From the NCBI GenBank assembly GCA_964016885.1, contig OZ024747.1:48918001-48982000 (forward strand): a DNA stretch of 64,000 nt. The letters are read 5' to 3'. This stretch comes from Eledone cirrhosa (lineage: Eukaryota). Made by a program: the position numbers and the translations under genes. Under the pieces are notes generated by a model, which was given only the letters and a program-made list of their open reading frames with translations, made no database searches and had not been told where the DNA came from. The first letter of the stretch is position 1. The number at the start of each line of letters is the position of its first letter. Below are positions 1-14,524 of the stretch, one piece after another.

Positions 1-124
1 ACTCACTCACATACATACAGTCTTACACACACACAGATACACATACGGTTTCACACATGCACATACCCCCCTCGCCCCGTATATATATATATATATTTTG
101 TCCTTAATTGTAAGTTGTGATGTT

Positions 125-1246
<1,122 letters not shown>

Positions 1247-1247
1247 C

Positions 1248-1345
<98 letters not shown>

Positions 1346-1368
1346 TATATATATATATATATGTAAAA

Positions 1369-1555
1369 GGGCGGTGGTATGGCAGTATCGGTAGAGTGTC
1401 AGACACCATGCTTTGCAGCATAGAGTTATGGCCCTTTGTGTTCTGAGTTCAAATCTGCCGAGGCTAACTTTGCCTTTCATCCTTACGGGGTCGATAAAAT
1501 AAAGTACCAGTAATGCACTGGTGTAATCACTGGCCTTGTGTCAAAAGTAGAAACC
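1369..1555 (+). mobile_element. tRNA-derived SINE (major family)
   Basis: A-box-like tggcagtatcggtaga, B-box gagttcaaatc, conserved body actttgcctttcatccttacggggtcgataaaataaagtaccag; about 12 copies in the window. Confidence 0.85.
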
Positions 1556-1580
1556 ATATATATAGGAGAAACAATAGTAT

Positions 1581-2984
1581 CACTGATGATGTCAAAGGTG
1601 TTTGGCACTGATGATGTCAAAGGTGTTTGACACTGATGATGTCAAAGGTCTTTGACACTGATGATGTCAAGGGTGTTTGACACTGATGATGTCAAAAATG
1701 TTTGACACTGATGATTTCAAAGGTGCTTGACACTGATGATGTCGAAGGTGTTTGACACTGGTGATGTCAAAGGTGTTTGACACTGATGATGTCAAAGGTG
1801 TTTGACACTGATGATGTCAAAGGTGTTTGACACTGATGATGTCAAAGGTGTTTGACACTGATGATATCAAAGGTGTTTGACACTGATGATGCCAAAGGTG
1901 TTTGACATTGATGGTGTCAAAGGTGTTTGACACTGATGATGTCAAAGGTGTTTGACACTGATGATATCAAAGGTGTTTGACACTGATGATGTCAAAGGTG
2001 TTTGACACTGATGATGTCGAAGGTGTTTGACACTGATGATGTCAAAGGTGTTTGACACTGATGATGTCAAAGGAGTTTAACACTGATGATGTCAAAGGTG
2101 TTTGACACTGATGATGTCAAAGGTGTTTAACACTGAGGATGTCAAAGGTGTTTGACACTGATGATGTCAAAGGTGTTTGACACTGATGATGTCAAAGGTG
2201 TTTAACACTGAGGATGTCAAAGGTGTTTGACACTGATAATGTCAAAGGTGTTTGACACTGATGATGTCAAAGATGTTTGGCACTGATGATGTCAAAGGTG
2301 TTTGACACTGATGATGTCAAAGATGTTTGACACTGATGATGTCAAAGGTGTTTGACACTGATGATGCCAAAGGTGTTTGACACTGATGTTGTCAAAGGTG
2401 TTTGACACTGATGATGTCAAAGGTGTTTGACAATGATGATGTCAAAGGTGTTTAACACTGAGGATGTCAAAGGTGTTTGACACTGATGATGTCAAAGGTG
2501 CTTGACACTGATGATGTCAAAGGTGTTTGACACTGATGATGTCAAAGGTGTTTGACACTGATGATGTCAAAGGTGTTTGACACTGATGATGTCAAAGGTG
2601 TTTGACACTGATAATGTCAAAGGTGTTTGACACTGATGATGTCAAAGGTGTATGGCACTGATGATGTCAAAGGTGTTTGACACTGATGATGTCAAAGATG
2701 TTTGACACTGATGATGTCAAAGGTGTTTGACACTGATGATGCCAAAGCTGTTTGACACAGATGTTGTCAAAGGTGTTTGACACTGATGATGTCAAAGGTG
2801 TTTGACACTGATGATGTCAAAGGTGTTTGACACTGATGATGTCAAAGGTGTTTGACACTGATGAAGTCAAAGGTGTTTGACACTGATAATGTCAAAGGTG
2901 TTTGACACTGATGATGTCAAAGGTGTTTGACACTGATGATGTCAAAGGTGTTTGACACTGATGATGTCAAAGGTGTTTAACACT
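1581..2984 (+). repeat. 25-bp minisatellite, ~56 copies (cactgatgatgtcaaaggtgtttga)
   Basis: Direct tandem units with scattered point variants and no spacers. Confidence 0.97.
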
Positions 2985-3094
2985 ATGACTTATTAAAGTT
3001 ATATAAACAATTCACTATCCGGATGACTTCCAAAATCAATGGTTGCATTTTAATAGGGTACGTCAAAGCTTATTTGTAAAACTGTTATATATTG

Positions 3095-3159
3095 TATTTT
3101 GTCTGATGAAGGCATACCATAATTTAATTTGGTATCCCTGAAATATGTATAATGAAATA
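3095..3159 (+). ncRNA. Minimal type I hammerhead ribozyme (family B)
   Basis: stem I tattttgt/atgaaata; CTGATGA 3103-3109; stem II aggcatacca/tggtatccct; GAAA 3140; tatgta; TA. Confidence 0.75.
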
Positions 3160-3294
3160 AATATGGTTTTATAAATATAGTTTCCATTTATTAATAATTA
3201 ATATCGTATATCTACTCCAAATACTTGTCGAGTGCTTTATATCAGTTATAAAAATATTTACTTGTTGTATTCCAACAATTTTAAATAGAACTTT

Positions 3295-3396
<102 letters not shown>

Positions 3397-3558
3397 ACGT
3401 TTTTGAATTTGTTTTGCGCGATTTCTTATCTGAAAACGTGTGTTGAAAGATAATAAATAAAAAAAATAAAAACACACACACACACGGATGTAACGCATGC
3501 GCAAACTAAACGCAAAAACAAAATGTTCAAAGCAAAGACACACAAAGTAAAAAACCTA

Positions 3559-3601
3559 GTCACTGAGGAGGTCACAGAATGTGTGACGAAAGAGCTTTGA
3601 C
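3559..3601 (+). ncRNA. Minimal type I hammerhead ribozyme (family A)
   Basis: gtca-CTGAGGA-g-gtcaca(gaatg)tgtgac-GAAA-gagc-TT-tgac. Confidence 0.7.
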
Positions 3602-3724
3602 AATATATAAACAACCTTCCGGTTATCGAACGAACGAACGAACCAACCGGAAATTTATAATAAATTGAAGTGAAAACAAACAGGTGCGTGTGTTTCTATT
3701 GGCAACATGACCCTCCCTAAGTAT

Positions 3725-3773
<49 letters not shown>

Positions 3774-4010
3774 CGTGTAGTCTCGCAGAGTTCTTTCATC
3801 AAACACCTTTGCCATCATCAGTAATACTATTATTATGCCCCACCCCCTCGCTGTGTAGTACATTACAAAGGGGGGGGGGCATAATAGTGTGTATATCTAT
3901 ATTTTTAACTGTTGGTCAATTAGTGGTAAACATTGATATCCAACTAAACTAACTATAGGGATATAAAATAAACGGAAGCGAAAACCAACCCAAACCAAAC
4001 AGTGAGTGTG

Positions 4011-4197
4011 TATTGGCAGTACCGGTAGAGGGTCGGACGCCATGTTTGACGCATAGAGTTACGGCTCTTGCCATTCTGAGTTCAAATCCCGCCGAGGTTA
4101 ACTTTGCCTTTCATCCTTACGGGGTCGATAAAATAAAGTACCAGTAATGTACTGGGGGTAATTTGCTGGCCTTTCTGCCAAAAAGTAGAAACAATTA
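4011..4197 (+). mobile_element. tRNA-derived SINE (major family)
   Basis: Same body as 1369-1555. Confidence 0.85.
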
Positions 4198-4324
4198 TAT
4201 ATTCCTGGCAATATATTAACAATATGACTCTCCCCAAATATAACAATATATGTTTCAACACACGATTGCATATCAAAACCCTTGCAAAACACACACACAC
4301 ATATATATATATATATACATACAT

Positions 4325-4378
<54 letters not shown>

Positions 4379-4449
4379 ATATGTGTGTGTGTTTTGCAAA
4401 GGTGTGTGTGTCTATGTATGAATGTATGCATGTGTTCACGTGTACGTAA

Positions 4450-4483
<34 letters not shown>

Positions 4484-4619
4484 TTGTGTGTACATACGCA
4501 TGTATATATATATGTATGTATGTCAAAATGCCTGGGACGGTTGGAGGGTCACTGATGAAGGACTCACTTTTTCATATGCACCACCATTTGCAACGGGCAG
4601 CCATCATTATTATCATATT

Positions 4620-4688
<69 letters not shown>

Positions 4689-4737
4689 CTATGTGTGTGT
4701 GTACATGTATGAATGTATGCATGTGTTCACGTGTACG

Positions 4738-4773
<36 letters not shown>

Positions 4774-4823
4774 CGTGTGTTTGTGTGTACATACGCATAT
4801 ATGTATATATATATGTATGTATG

Positions 4824-4956
<133 letters not shown>

Positions 4957-5011
4957 ATACGCATGTATATATATATATATATATGTATGTATATATATAT
5001 ATATATATATA

Positions 5012-5785
5012 AGGTATCGGATGCTGAATTTGCCGACGACATAGTTTTGGTGACAAATACAGTGAAGGAGGCAGAGGATTTGATGCGGGAGGTTGAGACT
5101 GTGTCGATGAGTGGGGCTGAGAATGAATGAGACTAAAACAAAATATCTGGTAGAGAATGTTGAGAAGCCAGAGGGGATCACTAATGTAGGCGGGAAGCCG
5201 CTGGAATTGGTTGAGGACTTCCTGTATTTGGGAGCAAAGATTGGGAATACGGAAGATGATGTGGTTGAGAGGAAGAGCAAGGCCTGGGCGGCGTGTCACA
5301 GCTTGAGATCGGTGTGGAAGTCGGACCTTCGTAGAGACCTGAAAATCCGCCTCTTCATTGCTGTAGTGGAGTCTGTGCTGCTGTATGGGTCTGAGACTTG
5401 AACACTGACCAAGAGACTCACTCAGATGGTGGATGGGTGCTACACGAGAATGCTGAGGATGGCTCTGAATATTAATCAGTATACACTGAGGATGAAAAAC
5501 TCAGAGCTGTATGGGAGCATCCCAAAAGTCAGCTCAAAAGTGACACAGAGGAGACTGAGGTTGGCTGGACATGCTCACCGACATCCAGAGTTGACATTGC
5601 ACTCAGTGCTCCTTTGGGAGCCCCTACATGGACACACTAGAAGAGGAAGACCAAGGTTAACATATGTTGATGCCCTAAGGACAGACACTGGTCTGTTGGA
5701 GATGCAGGATATGGCAGCGATAATGAGGGACAGAGACCGCTGGAGAGAACTCGTCCATGGATCTCGGGAATTTTACCCGCCTTAG
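5012..5785 (+). pseudogene. 5'-truncated RTE-clade LINE, reverse transcriptase C-terminal part
   Basis: EFADDIVL, GLRMNETKTK, FLYLGA, VLLYGSET, RRLRLAGH, RGRPRLTYVD, MRDRDRWR motifs; frameshift near 5110 and in-frame stop near 5400. Confidence 0.9.
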
Positions 5786-5939
5786 ATATATATATATATA
5801 TATATGTATAAATGAAAAGTATAGAAATTGTTGTAGCGAGAAGCTAACAGTATTATATATATATATATATATATGTGTGTATGTGCGTGTCTATGTGTGT
5901 GTGTACATGTATGAATGTATGCATGTGTTCACGTGTACG

Positions 5940-5976
<37 letters not shown>

Positions 5977-6031
5977 CTGTGTGTGTGTGTGTGTGTGTGT
6001 GTACATACGCATATATTTATATATATGTATG

Positions 6032-6070
<39 letters not shown>

Positions 6071-6219
6071 ACATGTATGAGCGACTGTCTACTTATGTAT
6101 ATTGTTGTCATGTGCATTATTTCAACACTTGTGAAATTAAGCAGATGTGTAACATGTCTACCCTCACATCAATCTGCATCAATGCATATCAACATAAGCA
6201 CACATAATGCATGCATAAC

Positions 6220-6263
<44 letters not shown>

Positions 6264-6426
6264 TCACACAACCGTTATGTACACAGAAAGGCCGTCTAGA
6301 AACTGGCAATGCCATTGCACATTGTTTAAGCTATAGCTGACATCTCAAACTATAAATATTCACTCGCTCACACGCGCATATATGCATATATATATACATG
6401 CATACTTAGACACACACACACACACA

Positions 6427-6561
<135 letters not shown>

Positions 6562-6790
6562 TGAGTACTTTGGTGCGTTATGGTACACCTGGTTCCTTAC
6601 CACATTTCTTTCGTTATATATATATATATATATATATATTAAAATAACAGATTAAAGTTCAAGCAAAGAATCGCTGCTTTCACCCTTAACGGGATCTTCT
6701 GAAATATTTGCTCTACGGTTCTTATATATTTGATATATATTTATCCTTATCGAGCCCTCTTTGGATTTTAGTCTTCAAATTTATTATTAT

Positions 6791-6867
<77 letters not shown>

Positions 6868-6937
6868 TTATTCCGGGTTGAATCGGAGGTAACCACTGTA
6901 AGTAAAGTACTCAATACATTGCAGAGTATAAATATAT

Positions 6938-6983
6938 AGCTTCCTGATGATTTCTCACGAATGAAACAGTTCCAGTAGAAGCT
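6938..6983 (+). ncRNA. Type I hammerhead ribozyme (family C)
   Basis: agcttc-CTGATGA-tttc(tcac)gaat-GAAA-c..g-TA-gaagct. Confidence 0.7.
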
Positions 6984-6997
6984 CTTCTATATTAAAA

Positions 6998-7046
<49 letters not shown>

Positions 7047-7173
7047 ACTAGAAATTGATTGACATATATATATATCTAAAATAAACATTTGAAACAATCA
7101 CAGGGAATCTTTGAGCATATTCTACAGTGGATATGGCACATGTCTCTCGGACATGACACCCTTCATTTAATTT

Positions 7174-7253
<80 letters not shown>

Positions 7254-7986
7254 TATATATATATATATATACATATTCACATTTACATAAATACACACAT
7301 GATAATATATCGTAAATATATCTTTAACTGTTCACCCATATCTACACAATGCGAACACATACACGCGCGGCACATATGTCCTCGTACGTAGGTTGACGTT
7401 TATCTTAAAATCTGGGTGGAGTTCGAGTTCGAGTTCACGAGAGTCCGAGCTATATAATGGTTTGATGAAACGTGTAATGGTTAGAGTAGAGCACGAGCGG
7501 GAAGGAAAACTAGTGATGTCGAGGGAAAGCGAACCCAAGAGTGTATTGCCTGGCTTGGGTGGAGATACATTGCAGTGTACACGTCTCAGAATTCGAAGCT
7601 GCGTCAGGAGCGAATAAATAACATGGCATTTTTTTAAAACTGTTTAGTCGGGGTGGAGTTTCTTTGCGCTTAACCCTCTTCAAAGATTCCAGGCCTCGCG
7701 AAAAAGAGGGAAGGTATTCTCAAACTGGAGACTATATCAAAATTGATATATTCCACTACAAGAGGGAAAGATAGTTTGTTCTCGAGAAGGGGATGGCTGT
7801 GGACATAAACAAACCCGGGGCCTCTAACACTGATGAAAAGGGGTGAAGAATGTCATACTCAAGCAAAAAATCTGGTCCGAGGAGACGAAAGTATCCTCAA
7901 ACCAGAGGACAGGCCTCAATTATTGCACCAGCGAGGTGATAAACATACATTTTTAGCATTTAGTTGTAAATTGTGTTGTGGAAATC

Positions 7987-8066
7987 CATGGATTTAAATT
8001 GTATTTTCCCAACGTTGATACAGGCTTCCATAGATTTAAATTGTATTTTCCCAACGTTGATACAGG
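7987..8066 (+). repeat. ~41-bp tandem duplication
   Basis: atttaaattgtattttcccaacgttgatacagg occurs twice in tandem. Confidence 0.8.
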
Positions 8067-8656
8067 GACCATAGTTTTCATGTCATTTAATATATTTAAA
8101 AGTTATTTTGTCGTTTTAAAATTGGTTTTCTGTTATTCCAGTAACCTTTAAAATGTCCTTTTATTGCCATTATTTTCAAAACATCCGCATAATAAAGTTG
8201 GCCTCGATAGGATTTGAACTCAAGTTGTAGAACGAAAAAATATTGTAAAGTATTTATCCTACTCTCTAAAGACTCTGAACTCTAAAGATGCCAAATCACC
8301 ACCGAAATATATAATAAAGTTCTGCAAATACCTCGTACATTGAAGACAAATTTTTTTCCAGAATAGACAGGTATAGTCAAGGGAATAGAAAAAATATCAG
8401 AAAATATATTTTTGGCAGCTTCAAATATTCTAATGAGACCGCCAGTGACAGTTTCATAAACGACATAAAAATTGTCCGAAATAAGAATTCTGTATATATT
8501 TTCACGATTTTTTGCCTGGTGCACATCACTTGACTGATTCTCAGGAAAGAAAAACTATTTATTTTTCTCACCTGGTTGTAGTTTAATTCGAATTTACTGT
8601 TGTATATCTATAACCATCTATCAGTTACATACACACACAAACACACACAAACACAC

Positions 8657-8838
<182 letters not shown>

Positions 8839-8854
8839 CAAGTAGTTCCACAAC

Positions 8855-9400
8855 AACTAGTACACCATTTCCAAGAACAATTTGTTTCACCTCAAACGGA
8901 TCATCAGCTCTTACATAGGTGAGACAGCCCGTAGCATAGGAGAAAGAAGAAATGGATACTAGCGAGAACTAGATGGGAAGAATTCATCAGTACTCCATCA
9001 ACACGCCAAAATAGAACGTAGGGGCACATTAGAAAACATAGAGATAAAAATGATATCCACACACAGAAAAGATGCAATGCTCCGACAGATTACAGAAGCG
9101 ACAAACATAAACGAACTCCAACCAAAATTAAACAGAAAACATGGGTGGAATACCAACATCACAACTATTAATTAAGGACATGATAAAGACATACAGACAT
9201 ACAGAGAGACACAACAACCAAACTAATAAAACAAACAAGACACACAGATATGTTGAGTTGACGTGCGAGTGTATTAGAATTTGCAGAATAACGAGAAACG
9301 CAACGCAAAGAAGACTGCCAAAACAGTAAAATGTCGTCAATGAGGACGTTGGGTAAAATCTTACCTCAAAGTACTATATAAGCGGCTAGAAGTGTGTTGG
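8855..9400 (+). pseudogene. Penelope-like element 3' end: decayed GIY-YIG endonuclease and pseudo-LTR
   Basis: Manual translation gives YIGETARSIGER...SVLHQHAK...MLRQITEATNINELQPKLNRK.GW; homologous to 38600-38790. Confidence 0.8.
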
Positions 9401-9799
9401 TCCAGAGAAGTGGTAGAGAGGAGCAAAGGGAGTAGCTGGAAGATTGGAAATGAACGAGACAAAATCACAACATCATGTTACGTCATCAGCCCTCGTACCG
9501 GCATGCTATTGCGGCTAGCCAGCTCAGCGACTATGGTGGTAAGTAGGGAGGTAGCCCTAGGACCAAGAACACCAGAATTCTCCACTGCTAGGGGCTCGAG
9601 TGCAAACCTGTCTGAGAGCGACCGATTAACATTTTCCGTCGATTAGTTTAATAACCGGGTATTTGTTTAGTTGTTAATTACCAAAACTCTTTTGTTACAG
9701 TCATTTAATTAATTGGTTCGTCACAGCCCATTACTTTATCAATGAGTGTGTACTCCTCATACGTCTCTTCATTTTCACCGGTCGTCTCACGGAGTTTCT

Positions 9800-9900
<101 letters not shown>

Positions 9901-10075
9901 CTCTTTCTCTTAAACAACCCAGCACCCCGTTCAGATACCTGGTAAAGACTTGAGAATTTCTGAGTGATTTCTGCCTAAACATTATGACGTCAAAATAACG
10001 TTATATTCTTTTTTGTTTAAAGAATGGAGAATAAAAGTAAGTAACAAAATATATTTGCGTTTGTATATATATATA

Positions 10076-10231
10076 CTAGAACATCCGTGACCCGTTGGGT
10101 CATGTTCATTTAAGAATACTTTTTAAAATAATGTTCACCTAAAAATAATTTTTACAACTTACTCTCTCGCTCCCCTTTTTCCTTCGCTCTCTCTCTCTCT
10201 CTCTCACTCTCTCTCTCTCTCTCTCTCTCAC

Positions 10232-10267
<36 letters not shown>

Positions 10268-10273
10268 GCTCCA

Positions 10274-10332
<59 letters not shown>

Positions 10333-10664
10333 TCTCTCTCTCACTCTCTCTCTCTCACTCTCTCTCTCTCTCTCTCTCGCTCCATCTCTCTCTCTCTCTA
10401 TCCATCTCTCTCTCTCTCTCTCTATGTATCTCTTCCAATCTACTCTCTCACAACCACTACTCTTTCTCTCTATTTATGAAGGTTCTCTGAAAAACCTCGT
10501 ATATCGGGACCCATGCTCCGATTGGTGCGAAACTTTTTTTTTTATTCCATTGTATTCCCATTTCAGGGGCAACTTCTTTTCAAAGTATGTTGCCACTATG
10601 CGCCGTTTGGGGTGTATTAGATAACATACAAGCACACAATCACAGAGTTTTAGTAGTATACAGA
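10076..10664 (-). mobile_element. Non-autonomous Helitron with internal (CT)n tract
   Basis: Minus-strand 3' end CTAG|T with subterminal hairpin tgaccc-gtt-gggtca; 5' end A|TC near 10664 (or 10668). Confidence 0.65.
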
Positions 10665-11102
10665 TAGATATTACAACTTGGATGTTTACATTAAACTTAT
10701 TTTATTACTTTAATAAACTTGCATGATACTTAACGTTTTTCATTGTCCATCTAATGACCTGCCTTGCATATTTGTATTTTTTACGGACTGTTTTTTTTTT
10801 ATAATCTATAATGATTTGATCATGGTTTAGTATATTTGGACATACATTCCTCAAATCTAATATCGATTTCCTGATCAGATTTTGTGATATGTGATTTCAA
10901 CTGTTTTATTGATTTCATAAATTAATTATATTTTTGCAATTGTATTTCATAAACATGGAAACGAACGTAGAAATTAATAAAATAATTTGAAGTCTTATCG
11001 TTGATTTATAACCTAAATTAATATATTATGCTCCATAAGTGATTCATACATTGAGCTTTCTTGCATTCGGTAACGAACGAGTGTTATACCCTCTCCTATA
11101 TA

Positions 11103-11167
<65 letters not shown>

Positions 11168-11438
11168 AACGTGTAATAATGGCAAGGTTATATTTCAAGA
11201 TAAATAAATTTAAAATGTCTCCCAACCGAAACAGGTCTTCTGCGTCTTTATATATAGTGTGACAAGGTAACTGTAAACCTCAATGTAAATATCAAATTAA
11301 AATGACCTAAAGTGTTAAGTAACATGAGTAACTTTTACGATTTATATTGAATAGAAAAAAAACAGAAAGACTTGCATTTCTTGAATGTTACTAAACACTT
11401 AACTATTCCATAACAATATTACTTGTTGCTATAGACAC

Positions 11439-11439
<1 letters not shown>

Positions 11440-11469
<30 letters not shown>

Positions 11470-11511
11470 CATACACACATACATACATACATACATACAT
11501 ACATACATACA

Positions 11512-11543
<32 letters not shown>

Positions 11544-12155
11544 CATACACACATACATACATACATACACACATACATACACACATACATACATACACAC
11601 ACATACATACATACATACATACATACATACATACATACATACATACATACATACATACATACATACACATACATACATACATACATACATACATACATAC
11701 ATACATACATACATACATACATACATACACACACACATACATACATACATACATACATACATACACACATACATACATACATACATACATACATACATAC
11801 ATACATACATACATACATACATACATACACACACACATACATACATACATACATATACATACATACATACATACATACATACATACATACATACATACAT
11901 ACATACATACATACATACATACATACACACACATACATACATACATACATACATACATACATACATACAGATATACATACATTTCTTGCGATTCAAGGGA
12001 TGACAATTTCTTTTCTTTTACAACCTTGCCACCAGGAAGGTGGCCGGTCAAAAAAATATACTCGAAATTAAGAGAAAGAGAAAACATACATACAAACATA
12101 CATACAGATATACATAGATATAAATATAGGTACCTACATAGATACATACATACAT

Positions 12156-12214
<59 letters not shown>

Positions 12215-12232
12215 CGTATGTACAGACATACA
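11440..12232. repeat. (TACA)n microsatellite block interrupted by a ~95-bp insert
   Basis: Direct reading. Confidence 0.95.
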
Positions 12233-12284
12233 TAAAAAACCGGTGGCTTTTGTGTAGCTCTGGAATGGGGTGTGTGAGTGGCAC

Positions 12285-13625
12285 TGGTGGTGGTGGAGGT
12301 TGCCGTTGGCGGCGGAGGCTATGACAGAGGTGGTGGTGGTGGTAGTTGGTGGTGGTGGTTATGGTGGTGGTGGTGGTGGTGTTGGTGGTGGTGGTGGTGG
12401 TGTTGGTGGTGGTGGTGGTGGTGGTGGTGGTGGTAGTTGGTGGTTGTGGTTATGGTGGTGGTGGTGTGGTGTGGTGGTGGTAGTTGGTGGTGGTGGAGGT
12501 GGTGGTGGTGGTGGTGGTGGTGGTGGTAGTTGGTGGTTGTGGTGGTGGTGGTGGTGGTGGTGGTGGTAGTTGGTGGTTGTGGTTATGGTGGTGGTGGTGG
12601 TGGTGGTGGTGGTGGTGGTAGTGGTGGTGGTGGTGGAGGTGGTGGTGGTGGTGGTGGTGGTGGTGGTGGTAGTTGGTGGTGGTGGTGGTGGTGGAGGTGG
12701 TGGTGGTGGTGGTAGTTGGTGGTGGTGGTTATGGTGGTGGTGGTGGTGGTGGTAGTTGGTGGTGGTGGTTATGGTGGTGGTGGTGGTGGTGGTGGTGGTG
12801 GTAGTTGGTGGTGGTGGTGGAGGTGGTTGTGGTGGTGGTAATTGGTGGTTGTGGTTATGGTGGTGGTGGTGGTGGTGGTGGTAGTTGGTGTGGTGGTGGT
12901 GGTGGGGTGGTGGTGGTGGTGGTGGTAGTTGGTGGTTGTGGTGGTGGTGGTGCTGGTGGTAGTTGGTGGTGGTGGTGGAGGTGGTGGTGGAGGTGGTGGT
13001 GGTGGTGGTGGTAGTTGTTGTTGGTGGTGTGGAGGTGGTGGTGGAGGTGGTGGTGTGGTGGTGGTGGTGTGGTGGTGGTGGTGGTAGTTGATGTTGGTGG
13101 TGGAGGTTGGTGGTGGTGTGGTAGTTGGTGTTGTGGTATGGTGGGGATGGTGGTGGTGGTGGTGGTAGTGGTGGTGGTGGTGGTGCTGGTGCTGGTGGTG
13201 GTAGTTGGTGGTGGTTTTATGTGTTGGTGGTGGCTGGCGGTGGTGGTGGTGGTGGTGGTGGTTATGGTGCTGGCGGTGGTGACTATCACAGACAATAGTG
13301 GTGGAGGCAATATGGCAGACATATTGTTATTACACAGATATCTCATTTCAGTGTTCTTTGTTGTTATTTAAGTATTATATAGTTGTTGTTATAGTGTTGA
13401 TGTAGCTGTTGTTGTTGTTGTAGTAGTACTAGTTGTTTTTGTTGTAGTTGTTGGTTGTTGTTGTTGTTGTTGTTGTTGTGTTGTTGTTGTTGTTGTAGTT
13501 GTTGTAGTTGTTGTTGTAGTTGCTGCTGTTGGTGTTGCTGTTGTTATAGTTGTTGTAGTTGTAGTTGTAGTTGTAGTTGTAGTTGTGTTGTAGTTGTAGT
13601 TGTAGTTGTTGTGTTGTAGTAGTTG
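12285..13625. repeat. Degenerate (GGT)n tract followed by (GTT/GTA)n tract
   Basis: Direct reading; source of the poly-G/V/W/T pseudo-ORFs. Confidence 0.95.
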
Positions 13626-13724
13626 ACAGAAGTAGACAGAAATTTAATGAAATGCCAAAACATCTCGATCTCGACGACTGATGTAGAAAAAAAGAGCATG
13701 GGATTCAGTTGTGCCTGTTGTGAA

Positions 13725-14524
13725 AGGGTTTGGGAGGCAGCAAAAAGGTTGCAAGCTACAAACATTTGGTGAAGACATTGCTTGATAGCTTTCATCTTGT
13801 AGGCTGCAACATTAGCATAAAGATTCATTTCCTGCTAGTCATGGCGAGTGCTTCCATCAATATATCAAAATTTATGGAAGAGAGATATCAATGTAGATGG
13901 AACACACGCATGATGGCAGACAACTGTTGGAGCATTCAAAAGACTGTGTAGACATGAAACGCTCCAGGCACTCTTGTAAGCGAACATTTGTTCCATGAAT
14001 ATGTTTGATTTAATGTATGATTGTTTGTGCTTTATCCATTTTATTTGAGAATTAACAAGATATATTTAATAAAAGGTGATGTTATCTTATATTTCACTTA
14101 TTATATCAGATTCTATTGACATTACAACTTAAGGTTTCAAGCATAAGACTTAGTAAGCCATCCTAAGTAAATTATATTATTCATTGAGGCGGTGGGATTG
14201 GCAGAATTGGTAGAGGGTCGGACATGCTTTCCAGCATAGTTACGTCCCTTTACGATCTGAGTTCAAATCCCGCCGTGGTTAACTTTGCCTTTCATCCTTA
14301 CGGGGTCGATAAAATAAAGTACCAGTAATTATACTGGGTAATTGCTGGGCCTTGTGCCAAAAAGTAGAAACAATTATTCATATAGTGCATAATAAAATAG
14401 GGATGTGCTATACAATGAAATCCGGATATGTTGGGGGAAAATGGATGCCATATTTGAAATCAGCACCTCAAATTAGTTAAAAGCAACAACAAAACTTAAG
14501 TCAGCAAACGGTGTGTTGACTAGT
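13725..14524 (+). mobile_element. DNA transposon 3' fragment, probably Chapaev3-like (CMC), interrupted by a SINE
   Basis: Translation YKHLVKTLLDSFHLVGCNISIKIHFL...MEERYQCRWNTRMMADNCWSI resembles a widespread transposase C-terminus; the end tgttgactagtg resembles a CAC-type TIR; superfamily assignment is from memory. Confidence 0.55.
14188..14378 (+). mobile_element. tRNA-derived SINE (major family)
   Basis: Same body as 1369-1555. Confidence 0.85.

Noticed and set aside
1581-2984. CRISPR array or C/D-box snoRNA cluster (palindromic repeat containing TGATGA and CTGA)
   Set aside because: No unique spacers, no cas genes and a eukaryotic context; the C and D-like boxes overlap with no room for guide sequences.
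7393-7950. Possible LTR or gag remnant (TATA-like box, AATAAA, purine-rich)
   Set aside because: No TG..CA ends, PBS, second LTR or recognisable protein motif.
12270-13371. Gly-rich or Thr/Pro/His-rich structural protein ORFs
   Set aside because: Frames shift constantly within a (GGT)n tract; no stable frame or splice signals.
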